From the NCBI GenBank assembly GCA_964556485.1, contig CAZKVV010000002.1:74291-138290 (forward strand): a stretch of DNA of 64,000 bases. Direction: 5' to 3'. The position numbers and the translations under genes were made by a program. The notes below the pieces were generated by a model. The model made no database searches. It was not told where the DNA came from and worked only from the letters and a program-made list of their open reading frames with translations. This stretch comes from an uncultured Pseudomonadales bacterium (GTDB lineage: Bacteria > Patescibacteriota > Microgenomatia > UBA1400 > PJMF01). This document shows positions 46,117 to 55,676 of the stretch, piece by piece. Positions within the stretch are counted from its first letter, which is position 1; every line of letters begins with the position of its first letter.

Positions 46117-47767
46117 CAGTTAAAAAGAATAAAAATCTAATACTATCATCGGCACCTTTAATAACATGCGTTGCTCTCTCTCTGGGAATATCCAAGTCTG
46201 AACCGCTAGCAACAATAAGTGCATTTGAACGTTGGAAATCAGCAATAGAAATAGGATCAGTAAAGTGGTAAGTACTGAGCGATCCACCATGATATGCAAT
46301 TGGGTTAGTCTTTCTAGCAAATAAAGCAAAAATATATGGTTGTCCGTACTCTGAGGTGAATACTATCTTGTCAACTTTTCGTTTTCCATTTAATCCGAGC
46401 TCATATTCTCTTGCCAACTGAAAGGCTTCAACATACCCTTCTGCGTAATCTTGAGTTGCCAATTTGGGAAAAACAGAATAGTAGTGATGCTGATATGCAA
46501 TAAAAAATAAAAAGTATAAAGCTATGATCGTACCAATAAATGCATGCACAATTCCGTTTTTTTCATCATGCGAACCTAAAAGCTTATGGTTGGTTTGCGT
46601 TTGTCCTAAATACGAAACAACATATTGAGCTGCTTGTACTGCAGCCAGCAAAAAACCAATGCTTGCAAGCAATCCTCTATTTGAATGTGGAACATCAGTT
46701 GTAATTATGGCTGGTATCAATCCTGCAAATAAGAAAGTAAGTATAATGATGTCTGTTTTTTTAAGTACTAATTTTCTTTTTGTTGCAATAATAAAAATGA
46801 TTCTAATAAAGTATATGCACACCAAAAGATAGGTAATTGGATTTAGAACCCCCCATTTGCCATCAGAATGTCGCAGGGTTGTTGTTGCACCTTGTATGAG
46901 AAATGCTGGTGAAAGATGCAGTGCAAGGTTTTTTCCAACACTCACAACTGCTGTTGAAAGATTTTGGTTGGAAAAGAGTGTCACATTGGCTCTTGTTAAG
47001 CCAGATCCCCAAAATGAGTCGTACAGCAGCGGAATGAGCAGGATTGTAGCTAATAATACAGCGATGCCCACCGGTTTGTATAACGAAATAATTCTTTTTC
47101 CATACAGAAACAAAAAGACTACGAGAACAAACGGAATTACGATTTTTGCACTATGGTATGCATACAAAGCTAAGACAAAGCTAACACCAGATGCCAGCAT
47201 TGAAAAAAAAACTTGCTTACTAAGCGCACTTCTCAATCCATAGAGCAAGAAGTACAGTCCCCACACATATAAAGTTAATGCTAATCCAGATTCAAATGCA
47301 CCCCTACTAAAATGGATATGCCAAGGTGAAAAAGTGAGTAAAGCAGCAAAAAGCAGACTGAGTTGTTTTCTTTTGGGATCAGAATAAAAAAGTTCGCTTG
47401 CTAATAGGCAACTACCTAAAATTGTTGCAACACCTGCTAGCACAAAAGGCACTCGCACCGCAAAGACAGTTAATCCCAAGATTGCAGTAAAAAAACTACT
47501 CATGTAGATTGCGAGTGGTGCTTTATAATCACCGAAAGATTGAAACGAAATCGGCAGCTTATGTAACCATTCATCTCTTCTGGTGTTCCAAATTGCAAAA
47601 CCGTTATAGCCTATTGCAGTCTCATCCCAAGTTAAACCGGCTGGAATAGCTGTAAACTGATAGCCTCTTATCAATAAACTGATGAGAAGTAGTAGTACTA
47701 CACCCACCCAGTACCAATTTTTAGCCAACTGGGATAAAAACTTAGTCATAGTATTAGTATACGCCAA
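46106..47767 (-). CDS. ArnT/PMT-like GT-C glycosyltransferase, SFGDYKLP subfamily
   Basis: TWDETAIGYNGF ... QSFGDYKAPLAIY ... VRVPFVLAGVA. Confidence 0.7.
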   Translation of the reverse strand: MAYTNTMTKFLSQLAKNWYWVGVVLLLLISLLIRGYQFTAIPAGLTWDETAIGYNGFAIWNTRRDEWLHKLPISFQSFGDYKAPLAIYMSSFFTAILGLTVFAVRVPFVLAGVATILGSCLLASELFYSDPKRKQLSLLFAALLTFSPWHIHFSRGAFESGLALTLYVWGLYFLLYGLRSALSKQVFFSMLASGVSFVLALYAYHSAKIVIPFVLVVFLFLYGKRIISLYKPVGIAVLLATILLIPLLYDSFWGSGLTRANVTLFSNQNLSTAVVSVGKNLALHLSPAFLIQGATTTLRHSDGKWGVLNPITYLLVCIYFIRIIFIIATKRKLVLKKTDIIILTFLFAGLIPAIITTDVPHSNRGLLASIGFLLAAVQAAQYVVSYLGQTQTNHKLLGSHDEKNGIVHAFIGTIIALYFLFFIAYQHHYYSVFPKLATQDYAEGYVEAFQLAREYELGLNGKRKVDKIVFTSEYGQPYIFALFARKTNPIAYHGGSLSTYHFTDPISIADFQRSNALIVASGSDLDIPRERATHVIKGADDSIRFLFFLTDEQ

Positions 47768-48608
47768 CGTGACGGATACGTCTCAAGAACCAATATGGTT
47801 TATAAATGAAATGCCAAAACAGTTGTGTAAACGTCCCATTCTTCAGAACAAATTTTTGAGCGTTTGTCCAACTCATAGCATCAATTGAGCGTGATCCAAA
47901 GGCTGTACTGTTTGTCGTTTCATGTTTATGAATTACGACAGCATCTTCACAAAAAAGCACTTTCCATCCATGTTTCTTTGCTTTAAATGACAGATCAACG
48001 TCTTCCCAATAGGCTGGATAGTATCTAGTATCAAAGCCTTCAAGTAAGATCCATTTTTGCTTATCAAACAATCCACTTCCTCCACTCACCCATGCAGTAG
48101 GACCACTTTTCATATTTGCAGCTTTTGAGTGCATGAACATTCCTTTTGCAAACCAAAGAGTATTTTTTCCAGATACTTCTCCACTTTTTGATCCAATGTA
48201 CTCTTTACAACCGACAGCAAACACGGTGGTATCTTCAAAATAGCTCGACAAGTGAAAGAGCACATCTTTTTGTGGGCTAACGTCATTATTCACTAAGAAT
48301 AGTAAGTCATGCATCGCTACTGCAACACCATTATTCACTGCGGCAGCAAATCTAACGTTTTTTTCCATTACCATTAATGAAACAACGATTTTTTTCCCTT
48401 TATTAACGTACTTATTTTGAAAATAATGATCATGAAGCTCTTCCAACTTGTACTCATCACACAAGTAAGAAACAGATGCATCAGTACTCATATCATCGAC
48501 AATTAATAATTCATCACCATCGCGTAAACAATCAATTACAACAGGAATATGTTTTTTGAGTAAATGCAGGCCATTGTAGTTTGGTATGAGCGTTGTAATT
48601 GGTTTCAT
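47754..48608 (-). CDS. GT2-family glycosyltransferase
   Basis: TLIPNYNGLHLL ... LLIVDDMSTDAS ... FAAAVNNG ... LVNNDVSP. Confidence 0.75.
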   Translation of the reverse strand: MKPITTLIPNYNGLHLLKKHIPVVIDCLRDGDELLIVDDMSTDASVSYLCDEYKLEELHDHYFQNKYVNKGKKIVVSLMVMEKNVRFAAAVNNGVAVAMHDLLFLVNNDVSPQKDVLFHLSSYFEDTTVFAVGCKEYIGSKSGEVSGKNTLWFAKGMFMHSKAANMKSGPTAWVSGGSGLFDKQKWILLEGFDTRYYPAYWEDVDLSFKAKKHGWKVLFCEDAVVIHKHETTNSTAFGSRSIDAMSWTNAQKFVLKNGTFTQLFWHFIYKPYWFLRRIRHVGVY

Positions 48609-49696
48609 AGTTCAAAAAAATGTAGTACTCTTTTAACAAATGCTTCTTCTCCAAAGTGCTTTGCTCGTTGTCGGGCCAAACTTGCAACAGAATGCATCAA
48701 AATAGGTTGACGCAGTAACTGAGCAGTGATAGCAATGCATTCTTCTGGTGAGTTCCATAAATAAGTTGAGAGCTTTTCACCAAGTACTTCTGGTTGACCA
48801 CCTTTTTTGTGTACTACTGGCACCACTCCATATGACATCGCTTCTAAAGTGGTAATGCCAAAATGTTCAACATTTTCAGGATTTTTTGATTCATCAACAC
48901 CAAATCCTGCTGCATGCCAATATATTTGTGCATCTTTATACCATTGTGTTAGTTCTTTTGTAGTCGCATTTGGGTATATCTCAACTTGCAGTCCTTTTGA
49001 CATAGCTACAACTTCATCAAAGAACTGTTGATTTTCAACATTACCAACTAGTACTAACTTCCAACCTTTACTTTCTTTTGGAAAACGTTCACACAGTTTT
49101 CTAAAATTTTGTACAACTACATCCTGTCGTTTTGCATGAAGATGGGTGAAAAATCTCCCAACCGAAAGAATAACTTTTTGTTTACGTTCGGATACTCGTT
49201 TTGGAAGTATGACCATTGGATAATGAATATCTTGAACAGAAGTGTTCCAAGACTTTTCGATTACTTTTTTGGTAAAGGCTGAATTTGTGTTTTTATACTT
49301 CCAATGAGTTAACTTTAGTCTTTCGATCAGTGAAGTTTTGGTTTGTGAAAAAGGAATCTGAATATGAGCTAACCTTTTTTTTGAACCAGTAAAGAAAAAA
49401 CTACCGTCAGTCACGTAATAAATGACATCGAACTGTGCAGTCCAAGCTATTTTGGTTAGTATGGTACCTTTTGCTAAAGGGCTACTCACAAACGTAAGCT
49501 GAGATAAGGAAGTACCTAAAAAAGTTTGATACTGTTCTTTCACAGCTTCTGCATCTGAATCACTGGGTAGAGCAATAGTAACTGAATGCTTAGTTGCTGC
49601 AGCAATGGCGGTATCAAATAAATGCTTTTCTCCACCTCCAAAATGTTTAGGGATGTAGGGAGAATAAAAACAAATGTTCATCCCTTTGACTTCCAT
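48605..49696 (-). CDS. GT4-family glycosyltransferase (paralog of 3690..5228)
   Basis: YWHAAGFGVDESKNPENVEHFGITTLEAMSYGVVPVV. Confidence 0.8.
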   Translation of the reverse strand: MEVKGMNICFYSPYIPKHFGGGEKHLFDTAIAAATKHSVTIALPSDSDAEAVKEQYQTFLGTSLSQLTFVSSPLAKGTILTKIAWTAQFDVIYYVTDGSFFFTGSKKRLAHIQIPFSQTKTSLIERLKLTHWKYKNTNSAFTKKVIEKSWNTSVQDIHYPMVILPKRVSERKQKVILSVGRFFTHLHAKRQDVVVQNFRKLCERFPKESKGWKLVLVGNVENQQFFDEVVAMSKGLQVEIYPNATTKELTQWYKDAQIYWHAAGFGVDESKNPENVEHFGITTLEAMSYGVVPVVHKKGGQPEVLGEKLSTYLWNSPEECIAITAQLLRQPILMHSVASLARQRAKHFGEEAFVKRVLHFFEL

Positions 49697-50517
49697 TTTT
49701 TTTGCAGTTCTTTTTCTAAGATTTCATATCGATCTGAGATGCTTGGTTGTTGTTGCAGTTCCCAAACTTGAATATAGACCCATACTCTATTCATAGCCTG
49801 GATGAGTGCTTCAACTACACCTGACATTCCATCCTTGTAGCCTTTTTGCGCAATAGCTCTTCTAAAAAATTCCATGCCACCTTTTCGAAAAAGGGTCATG
49901 GCTGTAACAGGCTCAATTCCGGCTTTAATAAATGCAGCCGCTTCCATTGGTGTCCACTCAATACTCTTTTTTAAATTACTCACCACTGAACGATGAGTAA
50001 AATGGAGTAACGGAGAATTAAGTAGCTGCGAGGCACCAGTGTACCGAGCGCTTTCGTGAATATCTCCATACCATCCCTCTAAATTAGTCATTTGAAAAAC
50101 CCTAGTTACTTGATCATTCTGCCAGCCTCCATAAGAGACCTCATGACCAAAGAAGTAGTTTTTTCGAAGCAAAGTAAATGCCGAAGCAACATTAGTTTCG
50201 ATTTTAACACTCAGTTCTTTTGCCAATGATGGAGAAACTCGTTCGTCAGCATCAATGTAAAAAACCCAGCCTGTTTTGACATACTTTAGTGCTTCTTCTC
50301 GTGTTCTGGCAAATGAATTTGACTTAATTGCAACAACTGTTGCGCCAGCCATTTCTGCAATTTCACTCGTTGCGTCAGTAGATCCATTATCAATTACGAG
50401 AATAGCCTCGCACCATTTTAAGGTATCAATACAATTGAGAATCATTGCTTCCTCATTTCGGGCAATGATAACTGCTGTGAGATTGTTCTTTTGCATGTTT
50501 ATTCCACTATTCGACAC
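49678..50517 (-). CDS. GT2-family glycosyltransferase
   Basis: LTAVIIARNEE ... LVIDNGSTDAT ... FYIDADERVS. Confidence 0.75.
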   Translation of the reverse strand: MSNSGINMQKNNLTAVIIARNEEAMILNCIDTLKWCEAILVIDNGSTDATSEIAEMAGATVVAIKSNSFARTREEALKYVKTGWVFYIDADERVSPSLAKELSVKIETNVASAFTLLRKNYFFGHEVSYGGWQNDQVTRVFQMTNLEGWYGDIHESARYTGASQLLNSPLLHFTHRSVVSNLKKSIEWTPMEAAAFIKAGIEPVTAMTLFRKGGMEFFRRAIAQKGYKDGMSGVVEALIQAMNRVWVYIQVWELQQQPSISDRYEILEKELQKKWKSKG

Positions 50518-51427
50518 TTAGCACCACTGGTTGTTTACCAAATCTACGTAGTGCAAAATCAATTGCTGCTTGTTGTTCTAAGCTACTTGCAGAAAGTATG
50601 TAGGTAACCCACACTCTTAAGGCTAACAGTTTATTCCTTAGACTACCATGCTGAAATGAAAATAATAGTCTGTTTCTAGCAATGTAATAATTGTGAATTT
50701 GAGAACCAGATCCTCCGCTGGATTTTGCATTTTTGTGCCAAATATGTGAACTAGAACAAAAACCGAGTGTATACCCAGCATCTTTAATTCTCGCGCTTAA
50801 ATCAACATCTTCAAAATAGAGAAAATAGCGTTTATCAAACATTCCGACTTTTTCTAGAGCTTCACGTTTAATAAGCATACAGCAACCTGTGGCAAAGTCA
50901 GTTGTTTGTAGAGCATCAAAATGACCTCTGTCTATTTCATCAACTCCTCGGTGAAAAGCTGAAAGACTCGTCCAATCAATACTTCCACCAGCATACCAGA
51001 GAACATTTCCTCTATCACTTCTGGAGTAACTATCATGGTACTCATCTCCAGGATAAAAATAGATCTTGGGACAAACCACGCCATGTTCAGGTGTTTCTAA
51101 ACTACACTTTACAAGATTGGTCAAAAATGTAGCATCAACCGTTGTGTCATTATTGAGCAGCAATACATACTCTGAATTATGACGTTCAATTGCATTATAA
51201 ATACCAAGATTGTTTCCCCCGGTAAAACCTAAATTTGCCTCACTTCGTAAGACTTCAAAATGAGACGTATCAATGCCAGCAGGTAATGAATACTGCTCCA
51301 CTGAGCCATTATCGACGACAAGCGCATTCCACTTCAAATCTTTTGATTTAATTATACTCAGTGATGCAATGCAGTCATCAGTTTCTTTTTTCGAATTGTA
51401 GGTTACAACAATTATTGATATGTGCAT
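50507..51427 (-). CDS. GT2-family glycosyltransferase (rhamnosyltransferase-like)
   Basis: ISIIVVTYNS ... ALVVDNGSVEQ ... GFTGGNNLG ... LLLNNDTTVD. Confidence 0.8.
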   Translation of the reverse strand: MHISIIVVTYNSKKETDDCIASLSIIKSKDLKWNALVVDNGSVEQYSLPAGIDTSHFEVLRSEANLGFTGGNNLGIYNAIERHNSEYVLLLNNDTTVDATFLTNLVKCSLETPEHGVVCPKIYFYPGDEYHDSYSRSDRGNVLWYAGGSIDWTSLSAFHRGVDEIDRGHFDALQTTDFATGCCMLIKREALEKVGMFDKRYFLYFEDVDLSARIKDAGYTLGFCSSSHIWHKNAKSSGGSGSQIHNYYIARNRLLFSFQHGSLRNKLLALRVWVTYILSASSLEQQAAIDFALRRFGKQPVVLSVE

Positions 51428-51459
51428 GTATCTAATGTGATTATATCGTACCCTCTTAA

Positions 51460-52356
51460 CTACAACTTACATTTTCTTTTAAATCGCGCAATCAATGCTC
51501 TAAGTGGTGAGCAATGTGACACCTCCCAATCAGCAATCCAATAATTTAATTCTCTCTGAAACTGACGCAACTCAAAAACTATTTGCTGCTGATCAGCTTG
51601 TGTTGGCTTGCTTCCTGCAAGTTCCCAACGCTTCATGGCCAATACTACTTCAGAAAAAGCCTGTAAATAACTTAGCCCTAAACCATGAATTCCCTCATCA
51701 ATACCCTGTTTAGCAAACAATCGCGTAAGTAATTCAGCTCGAAATTGAGCAAGTACTGTTGTCACAGCATTATTTGAAAGCGGACCACTTTCTTTTGCCT
51801 GAATGCTTGTATAGTTATTCATTCTTTCAACATATTGTGTGAGTGATGTGTAGTTGGTATGAACCAAACAGGCTTCAAAACTTTGTGGCAAATATGCACT
51901 AGATCCGCGTAAGGTAGGAACAGAGTGTATCTTGTCAGACCATTCAACCATTCCTTTCTTAAACAATCTCAACTGGTAGTCTGGCCACCAGCCACTATTT
52001 TCAATTGACTTACCAAAAATGAGATTACGTCTAGGAATGAAGTAGGCATCTGCCTGCGCTGCCTCAATTATTTTCTGTATATCTTCTATTAAACTAGGAG
52101 TCACAACTTCATCTGCATCAACTAACAACACCCAATCTGTCGTAACTTTAGATAGTGCGAAGTTACGAGCAGGCTCAACATATCCAACATCATCAAACTC
52201 AAAGGTGTTTTTAGTATACTTTTTTACCAACTCTAACGTGTCGTCTGTGCTATGCATATCAACAACAAGTGTTGAATCTGCAAATGCTACCGATTTGAGT
52301 GCCGCTTCTACTGTACTGCTGGAATTTTTAGTATGAATAATTGCCGTTAACTGCAT
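51460..52356 (-). CDS. GT2-family glycosyltransferase
   Basis: LTAIIHTKNSSSTV ... LVVDMHSTDDT ... LLVDADEVV. Confidence 0.75.
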   Translation of the reverse strand: MQLTAIIHTKNSSSTVEAALKSVAFADSTLVVDMHSTDDTLELVKKYTKNTFEFDDVGYVEPARNFALSKVTTDWVLLVDADEVVTPSLIEDIQKIIEAAQADAYFIPRRNLIFGKSIENSGWWPDYQLRLFKKGMVEWSDKIHSVPTLRGSSAYLPQSFEACLVHTNYTSLTQYVERMNNYTSIQAKESGPLSNNAVTTVLAQFRAELLTRLFAKQGIDEGIHGLGLSYLQAFSEVVLAMKRWELAGSKPTQADQQQIVFELRQFQRELNYWIADWEVSHCSPLRALIARFKRKCKL

Positions 52357-53864
52357 TATCGTAAACTCCTAATCTCTTGTACCAGTTTAGCACGACCAAC
52401 AATCAGAACTGCGATGACATATACAACTACCATTACAACTCCACCCAGCATGAAATGCAAAATGCTTTTTTGCCAAATAGGTATTCCCACCCAACCCACA
52501 ATACACATCACAATTGCGGCTACTGTCTGTCTCCAAAGCGCTTCACCAAAGGCAAGTGGCACCACTTTATTGACAAAATAGAGTGGAACAAAAGAGGTGA
52601 ATGAGATACAAAATGCTGCAACAGCGACTCCATTAAAACCAAACACCCAAATGCATATTGGCGTTACGATCCAGGTTAAAATAATCCACATAACCATTAA
52701 CCACAACGTCGTGTTAATTTTGCCAATGGCTGTAAGTGCGTTAGTAAGTGGTGTTGAGATTGCGCTCCAGCCTATACTTGCAGTAAACAGAATTAAACTT
52801 AGGATAGCTGGTTGCCATTTTGCATAGACTGGTAGAACCAAAACTAAAGGGCCACTTAACACTATCATTCCAGCTAACATAGGAAAAAGAATGATAGTTA
52901 TAAAAAAGAGTGATTTTTCTATGGCCTTTTTTAGTAACTGCGTATGACCCTGTAACCGCGAAAAAGTTGGAAAGGTAATTGCCATAACATTCTGCACAGT
53001 CAAACTGTACGGATACATAGACCATTGTTTAGCCCAGTTAATATATCCAAATTCTTTATTTGATAACGTTAGGCCAAGCACTAAATAGAACAGCTGATCT
53101 TTTACCCTAGCAAGCAAATCATTAACTTGAAACTTTGCTCCAAAACCAAGCAGTGACTTTAATGCTGGTTTATCCCATGCAAAACCAATTTTCCAAGGCT
53201 GTAGATACATCATTACTACCGTACCTACAATAGATCTGATTATGATTGCATACGCAAATGAGAGTACCCCTTTGCCATTTAGTACCAGGTACAAAAGTGT
53301 TACCTGAAATACAATTTGTTCAACAATTTGCGGCAGTACCAGTTTGGAAAAATTGAGTTTCCTTTCCAACATAACAGAAGAAACAGTCTTAATGGTAGCA
53401 AGTGGAAATGAAAGTGCAGTTGCCACTAAAATCCAAAATCCTGCATCTCCTGCTTTTTCTTTGAATAGTGGCGATAATCCAATTGCTGTTGCCGCAATTA
53501 CGATCACCCAACTAAGAATCTGTTGTAAAGTAAAGGCGGTTCGGTAATCTGCTAATTTTGGTGTCTCCTTTTTTTGTATTAATGCTGCGGCTAAACCAAC
53601 ATCTGAAACAAAGGTGAGTAAACCAATGATTTGCAACACTATGCCATATACTCCAAAGTCTTCTGGTGAAAGATACACGCCGAGAATTGCTGCAGAAATA
53701 AACCCTATGACATTGATGAAACCTGTTCGAATAAAATAAGAAACAGCACCCGAAACAGAACGTTTTTTAATTTTTTGTAACGTTTCTGCTTCAATTCCAT
53801 CACCGTCACCAACTGAAACGAGTTCATCCTCACTTTGAGTAATCTGTGATGCTACTTGGGCCAT
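52356..53864 (-). CDS. PST-family (Wzx-like) flippase
   Basis: 502 aa, about 14 TM, LGVYLSPEDFGVYGIV hallmark. The N-terminal ~40 aa form an acidic cytoplasmic tail. Confidence 0.65.
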   Translation of the reverse strand: MAQVASQITQSEDELVSVGDGDGIEAETLQKIKKRSVSGAVSYFIRTGFINVIGFISAAILGVYLSPEDFGVYGIVLQIIGLLTFVSDVGLAAALIQKKETPKLADYRTAFTLQQILSWVIVIAATAIGLSPLFKEKAGDAGFWILVATALSFPLATIKTVSSVMLERKLNFSKLVLPQIVEQIVFQVTLLYLVLNGKGVLSFAYAIIIRSIVGTVVMMYLQPWKIGFAWDKPALKSLLGFGAKFQVNDLLARVKDQLFYLVLGLTLSNKEFGYINWAKQWSMYPYSLTVQNVMAITFPTFSRLQGHTQLLKKAIEKSLFFITIILFPMLAGMIVLSGPLVLVLPVYAKWQPAILSLILFTASIGWSAISTPLTNALTAIGKINTTLWLMVMWIILTWIVTPICIWVFGFNGVAVAAFCISFTSFVPLYFVNKVVPLAFGEALWRQTVAAIVMCIVGWVGIPIWQKSILHFMLGGVVMVVVYVIAVLIVGRAKLVQEIRSLR

Positions 53865-55624
53865 GATTTCTTTCTAAAATGCTCTACTCTTTTTGACTCT
53901 GAAAAAACAATAAGTATTGAGAGTGTTACCACTATTGAGACAGCAGTCGCCCAATCGCTTGCTAATCTGATTGGAGTTGATTGAAGTTGTATTCCAACCA
54001 TATGTATGCCTTGTGTCAGCGCCACATCAATGGTTCCTGTAGTGCTCACACTATGACTGACTTCTTCGCCATCAATCTCAACTACCCAACCCGGAAAATC
54101 AGAAATAGCAAAAGAAATTGTCACATCTCGATCGGCCTCGATGGCATATAATCGTTCATGAGCTCTTTCAACCAGAGGTGTGATTGTTCTACATTCTGTT
54201 TCACATATAAGTGTAGAAACTGGTGGGACTTGAGAGTTTTCAGGATCAAATTTTGAAGGAATAAAGTCAGGTAAAATACCACTCATATCTTTTTGAATAC
54301 GAGCTGGTTCTTCGTAATACAAACCCGCAGCATCATCTAAATGGCGTTCAGGCTTAAAATACAGTGTATTAAGCGTTACCAGCAAGCCAAGAATTGAAAA
54401 AAAATAGATCATTTTGGCAACTCGCTTTTTAAGTAAGAAGAATGGTACACCTGCAAGCATCGCTAAGAAAAAGCTAGCTACACTTAAAAATCTCCAAGGA
54501 AACTGAACGTACTGAAGTAACGGTATGTGTTGCCATAGTGAATATGAACGCTGCAGCGTCATGAACAGTGAGGCAAAGAAAAAAACCAGTAAGCTGAAAA
54601 AGAGTAAGTATTTTTGTAAAAACACTTGAACAGATGCTTTTTCTGGTTTCTTCAAAAATTTTCGAGAAAATTGGATCTTTTTCTGCAACAACATTACTCC
54701 GGTAATAATAAGTCCAAACAGCTGACCAAATCCAAGGAAAAAGGAAAGTTTGTCATCAGGGCCCCACTCAGATCCGCCATATGCCCATTCAAAATCAAAA
54801 AACTGACGGATATATAAAAAGTGGAGTGAATAGTTGAAGTAATCATCTAAAATTGCTCCACTCATCTGGGTATAGCCTTTTTCGAGAAATGCAGGGAAAA
54901 GATAAAATGCTGAAAGTCCAATTGCGAGCAGGACAGCTCCAAAGCCATAGATACTCATTTCGATAATGACTTGTGTACGAGTTTTCTTCAGAATTTCCAC
55001 AACAATCATGAGCACAAAAAAGAGCATTAAAAATGGAAGTGCAATTAAAGTGGTTAGATTATGACTTAGGAAAAGTACTAGGCAACCAAACAAGATTGCT
55101 AAAAATCCTTTTTTACTTGAAGTCTTTACAGCAAAGAAACCATACATAATCCAAGGCAGAGCCATCATCCCCCAGGCTTCACTGACCGCACCTCGAATAA
55201 ATAGGTTTAAAGCTCTGTAGGGTGCAAATGCTACTGCATAGGCTACTAGTATTCCAGCCCACCTACTTTCAAAGACACTTTTACCGAGAAAATAGCCACC
55301 AATGACCGTTCCTAAACTTGTCAGTAAAAATAACAATTTAACGCTAGTCACGAGTGGTAAGCCAAGCAAGTAGAAAAAGGCACCAACATAGTATGGAAGA
55401 GGCGCATAAAACTCAAAGAGTGGCATTCCATACCCATATCCAAAATTTGCGCTCCATCTAACAGGAATTTGACCTTGTGAGATACCTGCAGCCATCTCTA
55501 CAATCCGAGCACCGTGTACAAAGTCATGAATCGCAAACATGCCAGGTCTAAGTAGCGGCCAAGATGTTAAGAAAACAGCAACAGCTAAAAAAAGAAAAGA
55601 AAAATAAGATATAATTTTTTTCAT
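53852..55624 (-). CDS. Polytopic membrane protein of HD-x-H-x-AR / GQFP / GYP-F family (paralog 3 of 3)
   Basis: The track start at 55630 is GTG; the ATG (MKKIISYF) is at 55624. AIHDFVHGARIVEMAAGISQGQIPVRW ... YGYGMPLFEFYAPLPYY. Confidence 0.5.
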   Translation of the reverse strand: MKKIISYFSFLFLAVAVFLTSWPLLRPGMFAIHDFVHGARIVEMAAGISQGQIPVRWSANFGYGYGMPLFEFYAPLPYYVGAFFYLLGLPLVTSVKLLFLLTSLGTVIGGYFLGKSVFESRWAGILVAYAVAFAPYRALNLFIRGAVSEAWGMMALPWIMYGFFAVKTSSKKGFLAILFGCLVLFLSHNLTTLIALPFLMLFFVLMIVVEILKKTRTQVIIEMSIYGFGAVLLAIGLSAFYLFPAFLEKGYTQMSGAILDDYFNYSLHFLYIRQFFDFEWAYGGSEWGPDDKLSFFLGFGQLFGLIITGVMLLQKKIQFSRKFLKKPEKASVQVFLQKYLLFFSLLVFFFASLFMTLQRSYSLWQHIPLLQYVQFPWRFLSVASFFLAMLAGVPFFLLKKRVAKMIYFFSILGLLVTLNTLYFKPERHLDDAAGLYYEEPARIQKDMSGILPDFIPSKFDPENSQVPPVSTLICETECRTITPLVERAHERLYAIEADRDVTISFAISDFPGWVVEIDGEEVSHSVSTTGTIDVALTQGIHMVGIQLQSTPIRLASDWATAVSIVVTLSILIVFSESKRVEHFRKKSWPK

Positions 55625-55634
55625 CGGCACTACT

Positions 55635-55640
55635 ATTCTA
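55635..55640 (-). promoter_or_regulatory. Candidate -10 hexamer (TAGAAT) 10 nt upstream of ATG 55624
   Basis: Minus-strand sequence reads TAGAAT-agtagtgccg-ATG. It lies back-to-back with the plus-strand hexamer 25 bp away. Confidence 0.3.
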
Positions 55641-55664
55641 TCAACAGTTATATCAGATTAGAAA

Positions 55665-55670
55665 TAGAAT
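55665..55670 (+). promoter_or_regulatory. Candidate -10 hexamer (TAGAAT) 6 nt upstream of ATG of the LCP gene
   Basis: Plus-strand sequence reads TAGAAT-taactc-ATG. Confidence 0.3.
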
Positions 55671-55676
55671 TAACTC

